Made by a program: the position numbers and the translations under genes
Notes under the pieces: generated by a model
Databases searched by the model: none
What the model was told of the DNA's origin: nothing
The model's input: the letters and a program-made list of their open reading frames with translations, nothing else
Virus genome (UHGV): UHGV-0162104
Strand: one strand, 5' to 3'
Origin: a virus
Length of the DNA stretch: 10,612 bases
Shown here: positions 1-7,885 of the stretch, piece by piece
How positions within the stretch are numbered: the first letter of the stretch is position 1
Layout: every line of letters starts with the position of its first letter

Positions 1-49
1 ACTTACTTCTTTATGTGAGCAGTTCATATTTTTGACACCAACGAAACAT

Positions 50-2995
50 TTAGTGCTTCCCTTCTATTAAGTCTAACCTAGCTTTTATTCTTTCTATTTC
101 TCTGCGCTGCCATGCTGCCTCGATATAGAATAAGAGATCAGGTCTGACCCCCCATCTAGATCCTGCTGGCGTTATTTCAACGCGCTCAATGATGTCTTCC
201 ATTACCATCACTGGATTATCATCCTCATCAACAATGATGCTCCCGTCATTATCAGTCAGCGGCATTTCCCTTTGGCCAGTAATGACGTCATCATATACTG
301 CGGGATAATCGTCATAACAAAGAAAGGCATAGCGGCATGTTGTGCTTTCTTCTTCCATGAGTCCGTGAGAAATAAGAACATCACGAAGTTGCTGCGCGAT
401 TACACCATGATGTATCCTCGCCCCTTCTTCCCCCTTTATAGCGACAGCGTTCAGCCATTTATAAGCGATATACCTGACGTCACCCCAGGCATCCAGCAAT
501 GCTTCATCAGGAGAGACCGGCTCTGTCTTTAATGTTCCGTCACTGGTAACTACAGGGTTGGAGCCAAGATAAACTGTCGAGAACCTGTTTCCCGGATCAC
601 CAAGAGCATTTACATTATCAAGATAAGGTTTAACATCTCCGTTCTCAAAAAGATGTTCGAGTGCGTTATATACCGCGCGACGTGGAGTACTGCTTCCGGA
701 ACCATGCAACGTTATCATTGCACCATCTGCTGAAGACGTTGTTTCACCGCCGCTAACGATTAATCTCTGAGCGGTAACATCATCAGACGGTACTTTCTTC
801 GCAATAATGGCGTAATTACCCTCAAGTTTGACTTCCGCGCGAACTTGTCCTGATGTACCGGCATGGACAGTCAGTGACTGGACGGCAACATCATCTGTGA
901 AATCAACGGGTACAGGAACCGTCCTCACGCCTGACGTCGACATAAAAGTAGGAAGCGTTCTGTTAGGAGTGGCTCCGTAGACAAAATCCCTTGAAACAAA
1001 TTCTTCCTGTTTAATTTTCACCCTGAAACAATACAAATCAGCCGGGTGACCATCGTGAACATAAGGATATTTTCTGTTGTTATCCCCTATGCTCCATGGG
1101 TTTAGAAAGTCTTCCCCACCGAAAATGTAGTACAGCCAGTTGTCTTTGATACAAACTGAACCAACACCAACCGCAGAGTTAACTATTCCGCCCTGATAAA
1201 TCTGATCAGTAACATTAACCCACTCTACATTATCCAGACTCCACTCATTGACGTTAACTCTGGTCATAAATGTTCTTGGATAATTTCCTGCATAACGGTT
1301 ATCAGGTTCTCCTCCTTCCCACTCACCAAATGCGCGCTCACTGCCAAAAATAATCAGCTCATCGCCAACTTTGGCAAAAGGAAGGTTTGAGTGATGAACA
1401 TTATTTGGGAAGCGAAGAGAATTCCATGATGCACCTAAATCAGAGCTTCTGTGTAATGAACTACCGGGTTGAGTACTTAATGTTCCCCTGGTCGTCAGAT
1501 ACAGAATGCCATCATAATATTTTACACATGGCTCAGATGCATTCGCCTCATATTCTGCAGGTATGCGTCTGCGAACAAAGCTACCAGGAGAACCGAAAGC
1601 ATCAGAGAAATAGAGTATCCCAAGCTCGCGTGGCTCAATATCACCATTATGGTAGCCAACAGCAAAACTGTTATCGCTAATCGTCGCAAAACTGTGAATC
1701 TCAGTAACAGGAGTGCTTCCATCAACAAAAGAAGGAATAGTTCCAAGACGGGTTTTTCTCCATGGTGACGAGTGAAATGATGTACCAAAACTCCAGTATC
1801 TACCCTCGTTATTCTGATCCACATCCTGGGTATTTTGCGTCGTAACTGTAAAAGTATTTTTATCAATAACAGTAGTCACCGTCATATTCCCGGTAACACC
1901 TGTAACACCAGAGTTTGAGAAGTTGACAAAATCACCAGCAAATAATCCGTGATCAGTAATGCGAATATAAGCGACTTGCTGATTTGCTGCTTTCGTTATA
2001 CCACCATAAACGCGAAGGCTGCGACTCATTGGGCGATCCCACAACTCTGCAACCTGCAGTTTATTTCCGCTCACGGTCCGCGTCTCAATTACAGCAAAAA
2101 GGCGATTTCTGACAACCCCCATACTCATGCAGTGATAGTTAACTGTGGGATAGTTTTCATGTAAATCTGTAAGCCATTCCGGCGTTGTCCAGGTCTTCCC
2201 GTCATCTCCTGAGCGAACCCATGCAACATGGAGGTTATTTACACCATGGCGGTCTCCAGCCATAAAAGGCGCATAGATGACATTGTCATATACAAACGTC
2301 TTATCCTGCGTCCAGGCGTTGTACCACGGTGTATCTGTAATTTTAAACAACTCTCCCTGGATAAAATCTTCAGAAGCATAAAAAAGAGGCTGACCCGGTA
2401 TTCTCTCAAATAAAAAACGAGCATTTTTAAATCGACTGACATCCGGAAGAGTTGACACTTTAAAAGTAAGCCCTCGCCCATCTATCTTTTCACCACCTGT
2501 TGCAACAGAAAGTAATTCTGATAGAGCTGATGTGTCATCATGAACACCATCACCAATAGCCCCCCAACCTCTTAGATCATAACTGTCTCTCCATCTTGCT
2601 ATCTGAAGTTTTGGGTATTTATCCGCTCCATCTGGGTCTTCTAATTGCTGCCGTAGCTGATCAGGATCATACTTCAGCACATTAGGAAAATAGAACTGCT
2701 GTGCACCATACGCGTCATAAACAGCCATAGAATGGCCTTGCACAGTTACGAATTTGGCAATCTTCCCGTTATATACTGGGAATCCTGCTGCGTTAATAAC
2801 AATTGGCTGTGCTACCTGAACATGTTTACCATCTTCTCGTTCCAGATATACAGGGATCTGGTTTTCAGGATTTACAGGGTCAGTGTCAATTTTGCCGATA
2901 TAAATTTTGCCATTGGCTACGGCTTTAAAAGAACGCGCCATAGTGAAGAGTTGCGAAGGCATACTCACTACAACATTGGCTGTAATGTCTGTCAT
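50..2995 (-). CDS. Tailspike protein: P22-type head-binding N-terminal domain, sialidase-like central domain, C-terminal intramolecular-chaperone-like domain (predicted endosialidase-type capsule depolymerase)
   Basis: Intact 981-aa ORF with ATG at 2995..2993 and a GGAGA Shine-Dalgarno about 9 nt upstream. The first ~115 residues ([11 protein letters not shown]...[12 protein letters not shown]...VTVQGHSMA...NVLKYDPDQ) match the P22 gp9 head-binding domain as I recall it. Two Asp-box motifs (S-x-D-x-G-x-T/S-W) occur: SGDDGKTW at residues 262-269 (nt ~2189..2212) and SSDLGASW at residues 517-524 (nt ~1424..1447). The C-terminal ~150 residues (...[28 protein letters not shown]...) resemble the self-cleaving chaperone domain of endosialidases and other tail fibres. 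Confidence 0.8.
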   Translation of the reverse strand: MTDITANVVVSMPSQLFTMARSFKAVANGKIYIGKIDTDPVNPENQIPVYLEREDGKHVQVAQPIVINAAGFPVYNGKIAKFVTVQGHSMAVYDAYGAQQFYFPNVLKYDPDQLRQQLEDPDGADKYPKLQIARWRDSYDLRGWGAIGDGVHDDTSALSELLSVATGGEKIDGRGLTFKVSTLPDVSRFKNARFLFERIPGQPLFYASEDFIQGELFKITDTPWYNAWTQDKTFVYDNVIYAPFMAGDRHGVNNLHVAWVRSGDDGKTWTTPEWLTDLHENYPTVNYHCMSMGVVRNRLFAVIETRTVSGNKLQVAELWDRPMSRSLRVYGGITKAANQQVAYIRITDHGLFAGDFVNFSNSGVTGVTGNMTVTTVIDKNTFTVTTQNTQDVDQNNEGRYWSFGTSFHSSPWRKTRLGTIPSFVDGSTPVTEIHSFATISDNSFAVGYHNGDIEPRELGILYFSDAFGSPGSFVRRRIPAEYEANASEPCVKYYDGILYLTTRGTLSTQPGSSLHRSSDLGASWNSLRFPNNVHHSNLPFAKVGDELIIFGSERAFGEWEGGEPDNRYAGNYPRTFMTRVNVNEWSLDNVEWVNVTDQIYQGGIVNSAVGVGSVCIKDNWLYYIFGGEDFLNPWSIGDNNRKYPYVHDGHPADLYCFRVKIKQEEFVSRDFVYGATPNRTLPTFMSTSGVRTVPVPVDFTDDVAVQSLTVHAGTSGQVRAEVKLEGNYAIIAKKVPSDDVTAQRLIVSGGETTSSADGAMITLHGSGSSTPRRAVYNALEHLFENGDVKPYLDNVNALGDPGNRFSTVYLGSNPVVTSDGTLKTEPVSPDEALLDAWGDVRYIAYKWLNAVAIKGEEGARIHHGVIAQQLRDVLISHGLMEEESTTCRYAFLCYDDYPAVYDDVITGQREMPLTDNDGSIIVDEDDNPVMVMEDIIERVEITPAGSRWGVRPDLLFYIEAAWQRREIERIKARLDLIEGKH

Positions 2996-3159
2996 TTAAT
3001 TTTCTCCAGACGTAGCAATGCGGAACAAGATGCAACTTGCCCGGCATTGCATTAATGTCAGTTATGATTTGTTAACTATGAGATGAGTCTATGCAAAAAG
3101 ATCTGTTGAATATTGCGTTCTATATATTTGGTTTTTGCACATTCCTGGTGTTTGCAAAG

Positions 3160-3885
3160 CTATTCTGACAACGAATCAGACTTCGCACCCTGCGTCAGGG
3201 CGTTAATTGCCTTTTGTGCCTGCTGCATGGCTTTCTCAAACGCTGTTGATCCGCGTGTGGTGTTTGCCATTCGGAGCATTGCATTTCTGAATGGCTCGCT
3301 CTCATAGGCGCGAGTAAGAAGTCCGTAGCTTACTGCTGCGCCAGTTGTCGCCGGGTTCATTGCCGTCCCATATCCAATAATGAACGGGATGGTTTGCTGC
3401 CCTGTGGGTGTTGTTACTGCCGCTTTTGCTGCCTGCTGAGTGGACTGAAGGTAGTTTTTCAATCCTTTCAGATAAGCAGCGTCCTGACCCTTAAATGTGA
3501 TGCCAGTCTGGTTTTGCAGGATGTTAAGCTGTCGAAGGAACTGGTCAGGGGAACCGCCTGATTTCTCCATTGCCTTGGCAATGATGCCATTGCGCATTTG
3601 CGCCCTGCCAACACGACCAACTGAGTTATACAGCGTCTTAATTTCCGATTTGTTCTTGCTGAATAGCATGTTGTTGACAACTTCCGGCGTCAGGTCGCCT
3701 TTCATGAGAACATTCTTCAGCCTGGTATTCTTTAGTTTCGCCGCTTCGTCAGCGTAGACGGCATTGGCCTGCTGATATTTACGGAGAGTATCGTTGCCAA
3801 GATTCTGACCAATGGCACCATTGATATCGTCAGTCATAGCCTTGTAAACGCGCTGAATGGCGGCATCGGAACGGTTTGGTAACAC
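3160..3885 (-). CDS. Ejection/DNA-transfer-like protein, either a separate 241-aa gene with a GTG start or the C-terminal part of a frameshifted larger gene
   Basis: 241-aa ORF directly upstream of the tailspike on the same strand, the position held by ejection proteins in P22-like phages. GTG start at 3885 preceded by AAGGG. It overlaps the upstream ORF by 51 nt. Function is assigned by position and composition only. Confidence 0.45.
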   Translation of the reverse strand: MLPNRSDAAIQRVYKAMTDDINGAIGQNLGNDTLRKYQQANAVYADEAAKLKNTRLKNVLMKGDLTPEVVNNMLFSKNKSEIKTLYNSVGRVGRAQMRNGIIAKAMEKSGGSPDQFLRQLNILQNQTGITFKGQDAAYLKGLKNYLQSTQQAAKAAVTTPTGQQTIPFIIGYGTAMNPATTGAAVSYGLLTRAYESEPFRNAMLRMANTTRGSTAFEKAMQQAQKAINALTQGAKSDSLSE

Positions 3886-5153
3886 AGGTCACCCTTCACG
3901 TCCATTCTGAACTGGCTGCGCAGATCGCTTAATTGCTTCAAATCCAGAGTTACCGGGCCATTAGGACCAGCATTGCGAACAAGCTCATCACGATATGACT
4001 GAAGTTTTGAAATCGTCTCGTTATCAGCGACCTTACCAAGCTTCTGCAGGTTAGATATCTCAGTATCTATCTGCTGAATTGCTCTGGCAGGTTGAATGTT
4101 GACTCCTGCCATTGCATTCCGAACCTGCTCAAGTCTATTACCTGCGGCACGACGAATTCCTGATGTTTTCGCTTTAAGGCTGTCAATAATAACCGCTGGA
4201 TCATACTCACCGAATTTATCAGCAAATCTCTGCACCAACTGACTTCTCGCTTCCTGTTGCGTTGCTCTCATTCCGCTTGTGCCAGCCAGGGGGATATTTT
4301 CTGCTGTCGTTTGCGCCATTTTTCCGACGCGGGAAGTAGGCTGTAAGAGGTCAGTAGTATGAAGAGGTACTCCTTCACGCTCTGCAAATCTGATAGCCTG
4401 TTGCGCTTCTGGTGCGATAGCACCACGAACGCCACGATAAGCAGCACCTAATCCACGTCCGGCAGCGTTAATAGCGCCTCCAGCCAAAACACCAACGCCT
4501 AAATCGGTGGCGAGTGCTTCCGCATCATCTTTCGCACTATTTGCAGCAAGTGTTCCGACTGCGTTTTCTGCGAGAAGGCGAGTTGCACCCTGAGCAATTC
4601 GACCAGCAAGTGTTGGTGCCAGTGTTGCCGCTCTCTCAACGCCAGCAGGAGTGAGATAAGGCAATGCCTCCGCAAATACCCTGCCCTCTGTCGTTTGTGG
4701 AGTCAGCGCGCCTTGCTGAAGACCAAAGTCCTGTTCTAATCCCTGCGTTGTTACTCGTGGCGCTGGTTGATATGTCCCATCGCCAATGCCGAGTTTACCG
4801 CCAGCCCATGCCGCCGCGCTTGTTACAGCATCGGCAACTGATGCAGGTATGTTTGCCACGTTCACGCCAGCCTGCACCAGTCCGCGACCAGTCTCTTTCA
4901 CTGCTTCACCAAGGTCAGACATAAATCTACTTTGCTGTGGTTGTTGCTGTGCTACTGGTTGCTGTGTCTCCACTGGCTGCACAGATGGCAATGGATAGGC
5001 AGCATAGAAAGCTTGCTTAGCCTGCTCTGCATTTTCTCCGGCTTGCGGTGCCACGACTTCATTGAAGTATTGCTCCTGAGCCTGCGCTTTTTGTTCTGGT
5101 GCTAACGCCTGATACTGTGGAGAGGCGATAACATCTTTCCATGCTTTAGCCAT
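3834..5153 (-). CDS. Ejection/DNA-transfer-like protein (P22 gp20/gp16-like by position), Ala/Gln/Gly-rich
   Basis: 439-aa ORF with ATG at 5153..5151 and GGGGTGA about 5 nt upstream. Its start overlaps the upstream stop in a TAATG coupling motif. The last ~18 residues (DLCYQTVPMPPFSAFTRL) look non-native, which suggests a frame problem near the 3' end. Confidence 0.5.
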   Translation of the reverse strand: MAKAWKDVIASPQYQALAPEQKAQAQEQYFNEVVAPQAGENAEQAKQAFYAAYPLPSVQPVETQQPVAQQQPQQSRFMSDLGEAVKETGRGLVQAGVNVANIPASVADAVTSAAAWAGGKLGIGDGTYQPAPRVTTQGLEQDFGLQQGALTPQTTEGRVFAEALPYLTPAGVERAATLAPTLAGRIAQGATRLLAENAVGTLAANSAKDDAEALATDLGVGVLAGGAINAAGRGLGAAYRGVRGAIAPEAQQAIRFAEREGVPLHTTDLLQPTSRVGKMAQTTAENIPLAGTSGMRATQQEARSQLVQRFADKFGEYDPAVIIDSLKAKTSGIRRAAGNRLEQVRNAMAGVNIQPARAIQQIDTEISNLQKLGKVADNETISKLQSYRDELVRNAGPNGPVTLDLKQLSDLRSQFRMDVKGDLCYQTVPMPPFSAFTRL

Positions 5154-5769
5154 TAATCACCCCATAGTGAAGAAAAGTTACTGCCAGTAGTAGATTGTTG
5201 CCCTGGCATATTCTGCACCGGCTCCTGATAATCAAACTGTTTTTTAACAGTGCTCAACTTGCTTTCAAGCTGATTTCTAATCTTTCCGATAGAGTCACGA
5301 AAAGCCTTTTCACTCATTTTGGGGCTTAGGGCACCAACCGCATCGGATAATTTTTTACCCTCAGCATCTGAAAGAGCGCCCATACCCTTCAGGGACTGCA
5401 CCATAGGAAGGAATGTTTGAGCTTTAAAGGTGTCGAGCCTTGCTTCAAAGTTAGCCGCATCAGAGCCAGGAACTGTCGGAAACGCTGAGCGAATTCCTAC
5501 TGCTTTTGAAAGGCCGGGGCTTTGCTCTATCTCGTTGAGAGAATCAAGCGCGGTGCTGAACGTATCAACTGCACCCTGAGCGGCGGCCTGCCTGTCAGCG
5601 CGGGCTATGTCAGCCTTTTGCCGAACATCTGCCTGTTTCTGTTTTAGCTCTTCAAGCTTTAACTGATTGCTTTCTCTGGCTATCTGTCTGTCCAGAGCCT
5701 TTTCTTGTAATTCTGCTCTTTGTATTTCGCGGGAAAGAGCAGCATTCTGTGCGCTGATGTTCTGTCCAC
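5153..5769 (-). pseudogene. 5'-truncated gene fragment encoding the C-terminal ~205 aa of a coiled-coil protein (ejection-protein-like by position); no start codon
   Basis: The minus-strand frame is open from ~5807 to the stop at 5153 and reads ...[68 protein letters not shown]...MVQSLKGMGAL...SSLWGD. There is no ATG, GTG or TTG upstream of the internal Met at 5404. Its 5' end runs into the truncated holin in another frame. The 83-aa ORF 5153..5404 in the supplied track is its tail. Confidence 0.55.
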
Positions 5770-6012
5770 GTAGCCGATGAACACGCTCGTTATATAAGCG
5801 AGATTGCTACTTAGTCCGGCGAAGTCGAGAAGGTCACGAATGAACCAGGCGATAATGGCGCACATCGTTGCGTCGATTACTGTTTTTGTAAACGCACCGC
5901 CATTATATCTGCCGCGAAGGTACGCCATTGCAAACGCAAGGATTGCCCCGATGCCTTGTTCCTTTGCCGCGAGAATGGCGGCTAACAGGTCATGTTTTTC
6001 TGGCATCTTCAT
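5770..6012 (-). pseudogene. S: Lambda-type class I holin S, 3'-truncated after codon 81 (of 107 in lambda S as I recall it) and fused to unrelated sequence
   Basis: Translation [81 protein letters not shown] matches lambda S from memory, including the Met1-Lys2-Met3 dual-start motif. After Y81 (nt 5772..5770) it continues as [29 protein letters not shown], unrelated to the lambda S tail, while another frame opens into the downstream fragment. Confidence 0.75.
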
Positions 6013-6303
6013 GTCTTACCCCCAATAAGGGGATTTGCTCTATTTAATTAGGAATAAGGTCGATTACTGATAGAACAAATCCAGGCTACTGTGTTTAGTA
6101 ATCAGATTTGTTCGTGACCGATATGCACGGGCAAAACGGCAGGAGGTTGTTAGCGCAGCCTCTTGCCACCCGCTTTCACGAAGCCAGCCATTGCGCTGGT
6201 TTTCATTTATGCAAAACACACCGCACCGTAGCCACAGCGGATAATGTGATTATTTTTGTCTGTCTGGTATTTGGTTTGATGTGCTTTCAGAAATGTCGTG
6301 CTT

Positions 6304-6338
6304 AAAACGCAAAAAGCCCCGAGCTATTAACTCAGGGC
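6304..6338 (-). terminator. Intrinsic terminator downstream of the late promoter (tR'-like)
   Basis: On the minus strand: GCCCTGAG / TTAATAG loop / CTCGGGGC, an 8-bp stem with one internal mismatch, followed directly by TTTTTGCGTTTT. It lies about 30-60 nt downstream of the predicted promoter. Confidence 0.6.
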
Positions 6339-6367
6339 TTTATTTAACGAGTGCATTTATCCATCGT

Positions 6368-6403
6368 TGAGTCAAATTTACCCAACTTTATTCAAAAAGT
6401 CAA
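6368..6403 (-). promoter_or_regulatory. Late promoter pR'-like with the adjacent Q-utilisation region
   Basis: On the minus strand: -35 TTGACT (6403..6398), 17-nt spacer, -10 TAAATT (6380..6375), then TGACTCAACGATGG. This closely matches the lambda pR'/qut sequence as I recall it, and it sits between the Q fragment and S in the correct orientation. Confidence 0.6.
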
Positions 6404-6445
6404 TATTATGCCGTTAATATGTTGCCATCCGTGGCAATCATGCTG

Positions 6446-6841
6446 CTAACGTGTGACCGCGTTCAAAATGTTGTCTGCGATTGACTCTTCCTTGTGGCAT
6501 TGCACCACCAGAGCGTCATACAGCGGCTTAACAGTGCGTGACCAGGTGGGTTGGGTAAGGTTTGGGATTAGCATCGTCACAGCGCGATATGCGGCGCTTG
6601 CTGGCATCCTTGAATAACCGACGCCTTTGCATCTTCCACACTCTTTCTCAACAACTCTCCCCCACTGCTCTGTTTTGGCAATATCAACCGCCCGACCTGT
6701 ACCGTGGCAATCTCTGCATCTTGCACCAGGCGTCGCGGCACTACGGCAATAATCCGCATAAGCGAATGTTGCGAGCACTTGCAGTACCTTTGCCTTAGTA
6801 TTTCCTTCAAGCTTTGCAACGCCACGGTATTTCCCCGATAC
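6446..6841 (-). pseudogene. Q: Late antiterminator Q (lambda Q family), 3' portion only; no credible start codon
   Basis: Residues ...VSGKYRGVAKLEGNTKAKVLQVLATFAYADYCRSAATPGARCRDCHGTGRAVDIAKTEQWGRVVEKECGRCKGVGYSRMPASAAYRAVTMLIPNLTQPTWSRTVKPLYDALVVQCHKEESIADNILNAVTR match the C-terminal ~130 aa of lambda Q from memory, including the CxxC...CxxC zinc-binding pattern. The frame is open upstream only to 6955, with no ATG; the track's start at 6919 is a TTG. The first ~26 residues do not resemble the Q N-terminus. Confidence 0.65.
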
Positions 6842-6872
6842 CGCAACAGCTACTCCGGCGAAAGCAAAGAAA

Positions 6873-7004
6873 ATGGCTGCTCTGATAGAAAACTGGACTC
6901 CACCTGATGGTTGGTGCAATGGGAATGATCGAGATTGGCATGAAAAAATGAAGGGCTATATCTGCGATTTCTTACGTAAATGCAACGGCTTCAGGGTGAT
7001 GTGA
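6873..7004 (+). CDS. Small ORF (43 aa), either a remnant 3' end of a deleted early gene or a small protein translationally coupled to the next gene
   Basis: ATG at 6873, translation MAALIENWTPPDGWCNGNDRDWHEKMKGYICDFLRKCNGFRVM, stop TGA at 7002..7004 and ATG of the next gene at 7006. The upstream ribosome-binding site is weak and the frame stays open upstream, antisense to the Q fragment. Confidence 0.3.
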   Translation: MAALIENWTPPDGWCNGNDRDWHEKMKGYICDFLRKCNGFRVM

Positions 7005-7005
7005 T

Positions 7006-7566
7006 ATGACCACCATTACCAAAGAACGCGCGGAGATTAAATCATTCATCACTGGTTTCCTGAGCGACCCGGCGCACGATAACCAATCTTCAGACAGCCT
7101 GCTTGCCAATGTGTTTCGTATCGCACTGGCATCGCTGGAAGCCGAACCTGTAAGCCAGACTTACAACTTGCCAGAATTAATCGAAGGGATGGAAGTTTCC
7201 ATTGATGTAAGCACTTGTGATGCTGATTTAGGTAATCGCTATTTCGGTACCGTCACCGAGGCGTTAGAACTTGATACAGCCAAGAATGGTTACATCCTCC
7301 TTGTTCAGGACGCAGAGCCAAACTTCGATGTAAATGGCAACTCTCCGGTAACTCCGGATGGTTGGATAAGCTGTAGTGAGCGAATGCCAGAAGAAACGGG
7401 TGACATTATTGTTGTTTCGGATGGCATTGTAATGTCCGGGATTTCTTATTCTCGTCGTGACGGGTTCTATATAGCCGCATTGGAGTACGACGACGATGAA
7501 CCAATTGACGGTGTAACCCACTGGATGCATCTACCAGAACCGCCGCAGGAGGTTAACCGTGGCTAA
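7006..7566 (+). CDS. Early-region protein with a C-terminal DUF551-like domain
   Basis: 186-aa ORF with ATG at 7006. The C-terminal motif ...TPDGWISCSERMPEE...VTHWMHLPEPP is characteristic of DUF551 proteins common in prophage early regions. Same strand as xis and int. Confidence 0.7.
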   Translation: MTTITKERAEIKSFITGFLSDPAHDNQSSDSLLANVFRIALASLEAEPVSQTYNLPELIEGMEVSIDVSTCDADLGNRYFGTVTEALELDTAKNGYILLVQDAEPNFDVNGNSPVTPDGWISCSERMPEETGDIIVVSDGIVMSGISYSRRDGFYIAALEYDDDEPIDGVTHWMHLPEPPQEVNRG

Positions 7567-7843
7567 CCTGCAACTTGCCGTTAAAGGTGAATATTTCGAC
7601 CAGATGAAGTCAGGCGAGAAAACGGAAGAGTATCGCCTGTGTAATGACTACTGGAAAAAGCGCCTCGTTAACCGTAAGTATGACCGCCTGATTATCACAA
7701 AGGGATATCCGAAGCGCGACGACTTCAGTCGCAGAATTGATGTTCCGTATGACGGATATGAAATCAAGACAATCACACATCCGCACTTCGGCGATAAACC
7801 GGTAAAGGTGTTCGCGATAAAGGTGAATATCGGCAATGAATAA
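7559..7843 (+). CDS. ASCH-like (PUA-fold) domain protein
   Basis: 94-aa ORF with GTG start at 7559 and AGGAGG 6 nt upstream, overlapping the previous stop. It contains GEKTEEYR, which fits the ASCH GxKxxExR signature. Confidence 0.55.
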   Translation: MANLQLAVKGEYFDQMKSGEKTEEYRLCNDYWKKRLVNRKYDRLIITKGYPKRDDFSRRIDVPYDGYEIKTITHPHFGDKPVKVFAIKVNIGNE

Positions 7844-7847
7844 CAAT

Positions 7848-7874
7848 CCTCGCACTCGCGGGGATTTCTTTTAT
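7848..7874 (+). terminator. Candidate weak intrinsic terminator or attenuator after the ASCH-like gene
   Basis: CCTCGC / ACTC loop / GCGGGG, a 6-bp stem with one G-U pair, followed by ATTTCTTTTAT. Confidence 0.3.
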
Positions 7875-7885
7875 ATGGGGATAAT

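Noticed and set aside
272-3055. Seven short ORFs inside the tailspike region (272..532, 1387..1680, 1522..1866, 1949..2164, 2228..2413, 2239..2481, 2732..3055)
   Set aside because: All lie within the single uninterrupted 981-aa tailspike ORF, which has clear domain-level sense. They are short, lack ribosome-binding sites and have low-complexity or odd composition, so they are shadow ORFs.
2996-3160. A defined sigma-70 promoter for the tailspike in the 165-nt spacer
   Set aside because: There are several weak -35-like and -10-like hexamers and a small ATGCAA/TTGCAT hairpin, but no pair with convincing spacing, so I cannot support a specific promoter call from sequence alone.
3113-4998. ORFs overlapping the ejection-protein-like genes (3113..3307, 3468..3680, 3497..3757, 4664..4924, 4786..4998)
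   Set aside because: They are antisense to or out of frame with the long minus-strand coding region and have Cys/Pro/Arg-rich translations typical of non-coding frames.
5680-5769. The last 29 residues of the called holin ORF ([29 protein letters not shown]) as a genuine variant holin C-terminus
   Set aside because: Similarity to lambda S stops abruptly at codon 81, and the same DNA is open in another frame as part of a ~205-aa coiled-coil fragment. A breakpoint explains both observations better than a novel holin tail.
5804-6907. ORFs 5804..6028, 6108..6305, 6562..6798, 6577..6846 and 6704..6907
   Set aside because: They overlap the S holin, the pR'/terminator regulatory region or the Q fragment in other frames or antisense; none has supporting signals. 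6108..6305 covers the sequence just upstream of S that carries regulatory structure, not a gene.
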